DNA of 64,000 nucleotides from Escherichia coli (GTDB lineage Bacteria; Pseudomonadota; Gammaproteobacteria; Enterobacterales; Enterobacteriaceae): NCBI RefSeq assembly GCF_024298765.1, contig NZ_CP101210.1; one strand, 5' to 3'. Shown piece by piece: positions 59,037 to 64,000 of this stretch (position 1 is its first letter; each line of letters starts with the position of its first letter). The notes under the pieces were generated by a model. It saw only the letters and a program-made list of their open reading frames with translations, ran no database searches and was not told where the DNA came from. The position numbers and the translations under genes were made by a program.

Positions 59037-60044
59037 ACGGTAAACAGGGCTGGTAACGCCGTGCAAAAAAATGGCGATACCTTGTCCGGTGGGCTTACTT
59101 TTGAAAATGACTCAATCCTTGCCTGGATTCGAAATACTGACTGGGCGAAGATTGGATTTAAAAATGATGCCGATGGTGACACTGATTCATACATGTGGTT
59201 TGAAACAGGCGACAACGGCAATGAATATTTCAAATGGAGAAGCAAACAAAGCACCACAACAAAAGACCTGATGAATCTTAAATGGGATGCTTTGTCTGTC
59301 CTTGTTAAAGCCCTTTTCAGCAGTGAAGTAAAAATATCGACAGTCAATGCACTAAGGATATTTAATTCATCTTTTGGTGCTATTTTTCGCCGTTCTGAAG
59401 AATGTCTTCATATCATCCCTACCCGAGAAAATGAGGGGGAAAATGGCGATATAGGGCCACTACGCCCCTTTACGCTTAATCTCAGAACTGGTCGCATAAC
59501 TATGGGGCATGGTCTGGATGTTACAGGAGATATATTTGCAAACCGTTTTGCAATTAACAGTAGTACCGGCATGTGGATTCATATGCGTGACCAGAATGTT
59601 ATTTTGGGACGCAATGCGGTATCCACCGATGGTGCACAGGCATTACTTCGTCAGGACCATGCTGATCGCAAATTTATGATTGGTGGGCTGGGAAATAAGC
59701 AATTTGGCATCTACATGATTAATAACTCAAGGACAGCTAATGGCACCGATGGTCAGGCGTACATGGATAATAACGGGAACTGGCTTTGCGGCTCGCAAGT
59801 TATTCCCGGCAACTATGGCAATTTTGATTCCAGATATGTGAAAGATGTTCGACTTGGTTCACAGCAATATTATGGAGTGAACAACTGGCAAACATGGAAT
59901 TTCCAGTGCCCGTCAGGTCATGTATTGTCTGGTATTAATGTTCAGGATACAGGGTCCAACTCTGCCGATAATATAGCGGGCGTTTATTGCAGACCCGTTC
60001 AAAAGTATATAAATGGCACCTGGTATAATATAGCGAGCGTTTAA
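59019..60044 (+). CDS. alternative (silent) tail fibre C-terminal variable segment Sv'
   Basis: ORF 59061..60044 with open frame back to 59019; N-terminus [19 protein letters not shown] parallels the crossover region [18 protein letters not shown] in H; no own constant N-terminal region. Confidence 0.7.
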
Positions 60045-60045
60045 T

Positions 60046-60573
60046 ATGATGCACTTAAAGAACATAAAAGCGGGTAATGCTAAAACACTGGAACAGTATG
60101 AGTTAACAAAGAAGCACGGAGTCATCTGGCTTTACTCTGAGGACGAAAAAAACTGGTATGAGGAAGTGAAAAACTTTCAGCCAGACACCATAAAGATTGT
60201 TTACGATAAAAATCAGATTATAGTCGCTATCACCAGAGATGCTTCAACGCTTAATCCTGAAGGTTTTAGCGTTGTTGAGGTTCCTGATATTACCTCCAAC
60301 CGACGTGCTGACGACTCAGGTAAATGGATGTTTAAGGATGGTGCTGTGGTTAAACGGATTTATACGACAGATGAGCAGCAACAACAGGCAGAATCACAAA
60401 AGGCCGCGTTACTTTCCGAAGCAGAAAGCGTTATTCAGCCACTGGAACGCGCCGTCAGGCTGAATATGGCGACGGATGAGGAACGCGCACGACTGGAGTC
60501 ATGGGAACGCTACAGTGTTCTGGTCAGCCGTGTGGATACGGCAAATCCTGAATGGCCACAAAAGCCTGAATAA
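60046..60573 (+). CDS. tail fibre assembly protein, alternative copy (tfa')
   Basis: 175-aa ORF closely similar to the convergent tfa at 60602..61135. Confidence 0.75.
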   Translation: MMHLKNIKAGNAKTLEQYELTKKHGVIWLYSEDEKNWYEEVKNFQPDTIKIVYDKNQIIVAITRDASTLNPEGFSVVEVPDITSNRRADDSGKWMFKDGAVVKRIYTTDEQQQQAESQKAALLSEAESVIQPLERAVRLNMATDEERARLESWERYSVLVSRVDTANPEWPQKPE

Positions 60574-60578
60574 AAATT

Positions 60579-60598
60579 AAGGCCCGCTATCGGGCCTT
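60579..60598. terminator. bidirectional hairpin between the convergent tfa genes
   Basis: aaggcccg-ctat-cgggcctt flanked by A-rich and T-rich runs. Confidence 0.45.
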
Positions 60599-60601
60599 GT
60601 C

Positions 60602-61135
60602 TCATTCAGGTTGTTCGGGAAACGTTACTGGCAGGCTGGAAGTGTCTGTAGATTCGACTTTCTGCGCAAAGAGCATCCACTCTGTTAATTTTTGTTTATT
60701 CTCGTCGGAAATGATGCCCAGCCGTAGCTGTGAGTCCCATAGCTGGGTTTTATCCCTGACGAGCTGTAGCAGGCTTTGCTTTTCATTTTCCGCCTGCTGC
60801 CTCTGCTCTTCCTCGGTATAAGTTCGCTTTACCACTACGCCATCTTTGAACATCCATTTACCCGAAATGTCAGCACGGCGATTTGCTGTAATATCAGGAA
60901 CCTCAACGACGCTTGCGCCTTCTGGATTAATTGCTGAAACATCCTTTTCAATACAAATAATAACGTCGTTGTGGTCATAGACCATTTTCAACGTATCAGG
61001 CTGAAAGTTCTTTTGTTCCTCATACCAGTTTTTCCCATCCTCTGTATAAAGCCATTTGATGTTAAATTGTTTCGTTAGCTGGTATTGTTCTTTTGTTTTA
61101 GGGTTGCCAGCAGTAATATTTTTTAAGTGCATCAT
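60602..61135 (-). CDS. tail fibre assembly protein (tfa, gpG-like), expressed copy
   Basis: 177-aa ORF directly downstream of H on the minus strand. Confidence 0.8.
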   Translation of the reverse strand: MMHLKNITAGNPKTKEQYQLTKQFNIKWLYTEDGKNWYEEQKNFQPDTLKMVYDHNDVIICIEKDVSAINPEGASVVEVPDITANRRADISGKWMFKDGVVVKRTYTEEEQRQQAENEKQSLLQLVRDKTQLWDSQLRLGIISDENKQKLTEWMLFAQKVESTDTSSLPVTFPEQPE

Positions 61136-61137
61136 CG

Positions 61138-63240
61138 TTAAATACTCCCCGCGTTATACCACGTTCCATTAATGCAATACTGAATTGGCCTTGCCTGAGT
61201 TGTATCAATTAATGCATCACGGTTTCCGTTAACTGAACCCGTAACGACATAACCTGACCTGTCAGACCAGCCGGGACCATTCCATGTCTGAACAGATGAC
61301 AGACCGCCAAGGCGAATACCTGTAATAAACCTTGAGTTACATTCTGCCTGCGTATATGCACCAACATCTCCCGCAGAGGGTTTGCGGGTCGTGGTGTAAA
61401 ACTCTGACCAGTCAGCCTCAAATCCATAACCATCACGCGCTGAACGATAAAAAATACCGCCGTTCCTGTAATTCACGCGGAACTGTACAGCAGGGCAGCT
61501 CCCCGTATTCATATTGAAGTGGAGGATTAATGTCGATGCGCCACCAATGTTTGCGTTATAGACCCCGCTATTCCAGTTCCAGCCAACAGCTTTATCATTT
61601 CCGACAGTGCTTCCTGTTTGCCCTAAAGCAAATGCAGGTTGTTGATTTTTCGTGTTGTAGTCTCGTCGCCAGCCAGGAGCATAAGCATCACCATGATTAA
61701 TATAAGTGAATTGAGCGTTAGTAATTCCGCCACCGCTGGACGTGCTCGGCGTAGTAACGCGTATGGTCATTGCGCCGCGAGTGCCAATAACTTCCACCAC
61801 AGCACCTGCAAGACAAATATTTCCGCAACCTGTATCTGTAATGACCTTATTATTTGCATAAGCCCATGAGCCTTTGCACATCCAGTAAGGATGGTTAAAT
61901 GCTCCCTGACTCTCCAGCCACGAAATAAATTGCGCAGTTGTCCAGACCTGACTATCGCCACCAATATTCAGCCATGCGCTATATGCGCGGCAGGCACCAA
62001 TGTTTTTGGTGAAGGTATCTTTTCCCGGAATATCTGCGCCGTTCTGGTTTTTCTGTAATGCGCCAGAAGCCTGATTTACCGTTTCCTGTAAACCGAGGTA
62101 TTCGATAACGGCAGCAACGGTCGATTTCGCAAGAATATCCCGCCCGACTTTTGTCAGGGTTGCCAGGCTGGCGACATCATTCCCCGTAAAATACGGAAAC
62201 TTGTCTGCCGCAGTAGCAAGCCCGGCCAGCGCCGTCAGGGTGGCATCTTTCGGTTGCTTACCCGCAAGCGCGTTAGTCATGGTGGTCGCAAAATTCGGGT
62301 CGTTGCCCAGCGCCGCCGCCAGCTCGTTCAGCGTGTTCAGTGCGTCAGGTGAAGAGTCTACAAGTGCGGCAATCGCGGCCATAACAAAAGCCGTGCTTGC
62401 GATTTGGGTATTATTCGTTCCCTGTTGTGCAGTTGGTGTTGTTGGCGTTCCGGTCAGTGCCGGGCTGTTTAATGGGGCTTTCTTGTTCGTTTCATCCATT
62501 ACCGCCTTAACCGCTTTTGGTGTCGCTGCCAGCGTTTCAGACGTGCTGTTGGTTGCACTGCTGAGCTGGACTATCCCTTTTCGTGCCGTCGTGGCGTCCT
62601 GAGCGGTATATTTTCCGTTAGCCAGGTCATACGCGGCCTTAACCGCTTTCGGCGTTGCAGCCAGCGTTTCAGAATCGCTGTTAGTGGCGCTACTGAGTTG
62701 AACAAAGCCTTTTGCGGTCAGCGAGGCGTCCGGGTGACGTCGTGACTGTTCATGCTCTTTCAGTTTGTCATCCACGTAATCCACTGTGGCCATCACCATG
62801 GTGTTATCCACGGTAAGCGCCACGGTGGCAGTGCTGGATACGGTCAGAATAGTGCGAAATGTTTGTGCACGTCCGGACCCTTCGGCAACGGTTGGTTTGT
62901 AACTTTCGGCAGTATTGCCCACCGCGATTAAATCGCCGTGCTCATCAAATACACCAATTTCCCGGATCCAGAATCCGCCCGTTTCAGGAGGAATAACCAG
63001 CTCCGCAATAATGCGGTTCTGATGTGTTGCGTCCAGGATGACGCGATTAACAGTGTGTCGCCACACCTCATGCACCAGACGGGTCTGCTTACTGTCTGGT
63101 GTGGGCAACGCGCCGCCACCGTCGCCCACGGCCATATGAGTCAGGCGGACAGGCTTACCATCTGGCGCGGCTACCTGAGCTAATTTTTTTGCACCCGTAT
63201 CGGTGATAACGGTTTTAAATTTTCGTGTTGTGGTACTCAT
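61138..63240 (-). CDS. tail fibre protein (gpH-like), constant N-terminus plus invertible C-terminal variable part
   Basis: 700-aa ORF; crossover site inside the gene at 62082..62107; C-terminal end (INGTWYN) resembles the Sv' end. Confidence 0.8.
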   Translation of the reverse strand: MSTTTRKFKTVITDTGAKKLAQVAAPDGKPVRLTHMAVGDGGGALPTPDSKQTRLVHEVWRHTVNRVILDATHQNRIIAELVIPPETGGFWIREIGVFDEHGDLIAVGNTAESYKPTVAEGSGRAQTFRTILTVSSTATVALTVDNTMVMATVDYVDDKLKEHEQSRRHPDASLTAKGFVQLSSATNSDSETLAATPKAVKAAYDLANGKYTAQDATTARKGIVQLSSATNSTSETLAATPKAVKAVMDETNKKAPLNSPALTGTPTTPTAQQGTNNTQIASTAFVMAAIAALVDSSPDALNTLNELAAALGNDPNFATTMTNALAGKQPKDATLTALAGLATAADKFPYFTGNDVASLATLTKVGRDILAKSTVAAVIEYLGLQETVNQASGALQKNQNGADIPGKDTFTKNIGACRAYSAWLNIGGDSQVWTTAQFISWLESQGAFNHPYWMCKGSWAYANNKVITDTGCGNICLAGAVVEVIGTRGAMTIRVTTPSTSSGGGITNAQFTYINHGDAYAPGWRRDYNTKNQQPAFALGQTGSTVGNDKAVGWNWNSGVYNANIGGASTLILHFNMNTGSCPAVQFRVNYRNGGIFYRSARDGYGFEADWSEFYTTTRKPSAGDVGAYTQAECNSRFITGIRLGGLSSVQTWNGPGWSDRSGYVVTGSVNGNRDALIDTTQARPIQYCINGTWYNAGSI
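62082..62107. repeat. invertase recombination site (gix/pix-like), left copy, inside the tail fibre gene
   Basis: ttcctgtaaaccgaggtattcgataa is the inverted partner of the site at 59011..59036 (20 of 26 positions identical to its reverse complement). Confidence 0.65.
62479..62712. repeat. tandem repeat of about 130 bp within the tail fibre gene
   Basis: Two adjacent near-copies (agcgtttcagacgtgctgttggttgcactgctgagctgga / agcgtttcagaatcgctgttagtggcgctactgagttgaa) encoding the repeated peptide VQLSSATNS.SETLAATPKAVKA. Confidence 0.7.
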
Positions 63241-63242
63241 GC

Positions 63243-63772
63243 TTAATCGCCTGGATAAATGGTAATAACTTCACCGTCATAAGTTGCCGCCGCTGCGAAA
63301 ATATCCCCCGGAATTTCCTGAATGATATTCAGCCCTGTCATGTGGCGGCTGACCGGGCGGGCATCAGCAATCAACCGCTCCATTTCCAGATACATTTCCT
63401 CCGTCACGCCACTGTCCAGCGTGCCGACTTCAACGGTAAATGTCCCGGTTCTCCGCCGAACTCCCACCACTCAGACACGCGAATGAGGTATCCCAGCGGC
63501 TCAATGGCCCGGCGCAGTGCGCTGATGGTCCCTTTGTGTCGGTGTATCAGCCATGCATCACGAATAACCTGTCGCTTTGTCTCTTCCGGCCAGTTGCGAT
63601 CCCAGCGGTCAACGGAAAATGCCCAGGCGAGATAAGGCAGCAGATGCACCGGGCAGGTATCCGGTGACCACAGCGTGTTGAGGTCTACCGGGATGTTTGT
63701 AATGCGCGCTCCGACAGCTTCGGCGCAACGCATGAAATTGCTGGCTGATGGTGGTAACAGCGAATTACTCAT
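63243..63772 (-). pseudogene. P2 gpI-family baseplate protein with an apparent +/-1 frameshift near 63441..63447
   Basis: N-terminal 122 aa (MSNSLLPP...NTLWSPDTCP...LAWAFSVDRWD...EWWEF) and the C-terminal part (GTFTVEVGTLDSGVTEEMY.EMERLIADA.P...) are in different frames (ORFs 63404..63805 and 63243..63470); each half matches P2 gpI. Confidence 0.65.
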
Positions 63773-63801
63773 TGCGCCCACCTTCGCTGATGGTGAACGA
63801 C

Positions 63802-64000
63802 TCACAGCGCGCCGCCTGTATGTCGCTGATGGCCATATTCTGTGTGGGTTCGATTATCTCCACGCGTTGCACACCGTGCACATGCAGTGCGGCAGCAATG
63901 GCGGATAACGCCACGTCCTGACCGATAAGCCCCTGCTCAGCCAGCCACTTGCTGAACGACGATTCCGCCGCGGCCAGAATAGGTTCGGATTCCGGGCCGG
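63802..64000 (-). CDS. P2 gpJ-family baseplate protein, C-terminal part only (gene runs off the window)
   Basis: Open minus-strand frame ending at stop 63802..63804 just upstream of gpI, in the position J occupies in P2; identification is positional. Confidence 0.5.

Larger units (their letters stand above)
48120..64000. mobile_element. P2-like prophage (ogr end next to leuZ; continues beyond the window end), with a small AT-rich module at the junction
   Basis: Recognisable P2-family proteins: Ogr, D, FI, FII, E/E', T, U, H, I, J, plus a Pin-type invertase; replaces the yecA side of leuZ found in K-12. Confidence 0.8.

Overview
The window reads as an Escherichia coli chromosomal segment equivalent to the K-12 hprRS-hchA ... 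fli ... uvrYC-pgsA-glyW/cysT/leuZ region, in reverse orientation relative to K-12. All identifications come from reading the sequence and ORF track against remembered E. coli and phage P2 proteins; no database search, tRNA scan or structure prediction was run. The conserved backbone is hprR/hprS, hchA, an intact yedS-type porin, yedJ, dcm/vsr, yedA, yedI, yodC, dgcQ (with an in-frame amber), yedP, DsrA sRNA, yodD, dsrB, rcsA, the flagellar operons fliR-fliL, fliK-fliF and fliE, then yedF/E/D, amyA, fliTSD, fliC, fliAZ, tcyJ-dcyD-tcyLN, sdiA, yecF, uvrY/uvrC, pgsA and the glyW-cysT-leuZ tRNA operon. Two accessory insertions interrupt it. Between fliE and yedK (26.2-30.3 kb) sits an AT-rich DLP12-like cargo block (emrE, ybcL, ybcM) followed by a decayed IS605-family element whose tnpA is split by a nested IS5-family IS and whose tnpB is truncated and fused to a 3'-truncated yedK. 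Downstream of leuZ (48.1 kb to the window end) lies a P2-like prophage, partial in this window, with ogr, gene D, FI/FII/E/E'/T/U, a Pin-type invertase with an invertible tail-fibre segment, and H, I, J. The best candidate for an undescribed system is an AT-rich 487-aa ORF (49897..51360) inserted between ogr and D, with no homolog I recognise and a possible PD-(D/E)xK nuclease-like motif. Other notable points are a hok-like toxin near the prophage/tRNA junction, an apparent inversion of the FI-U tail block relative to P2 gene order, and a frameshifted gpI.
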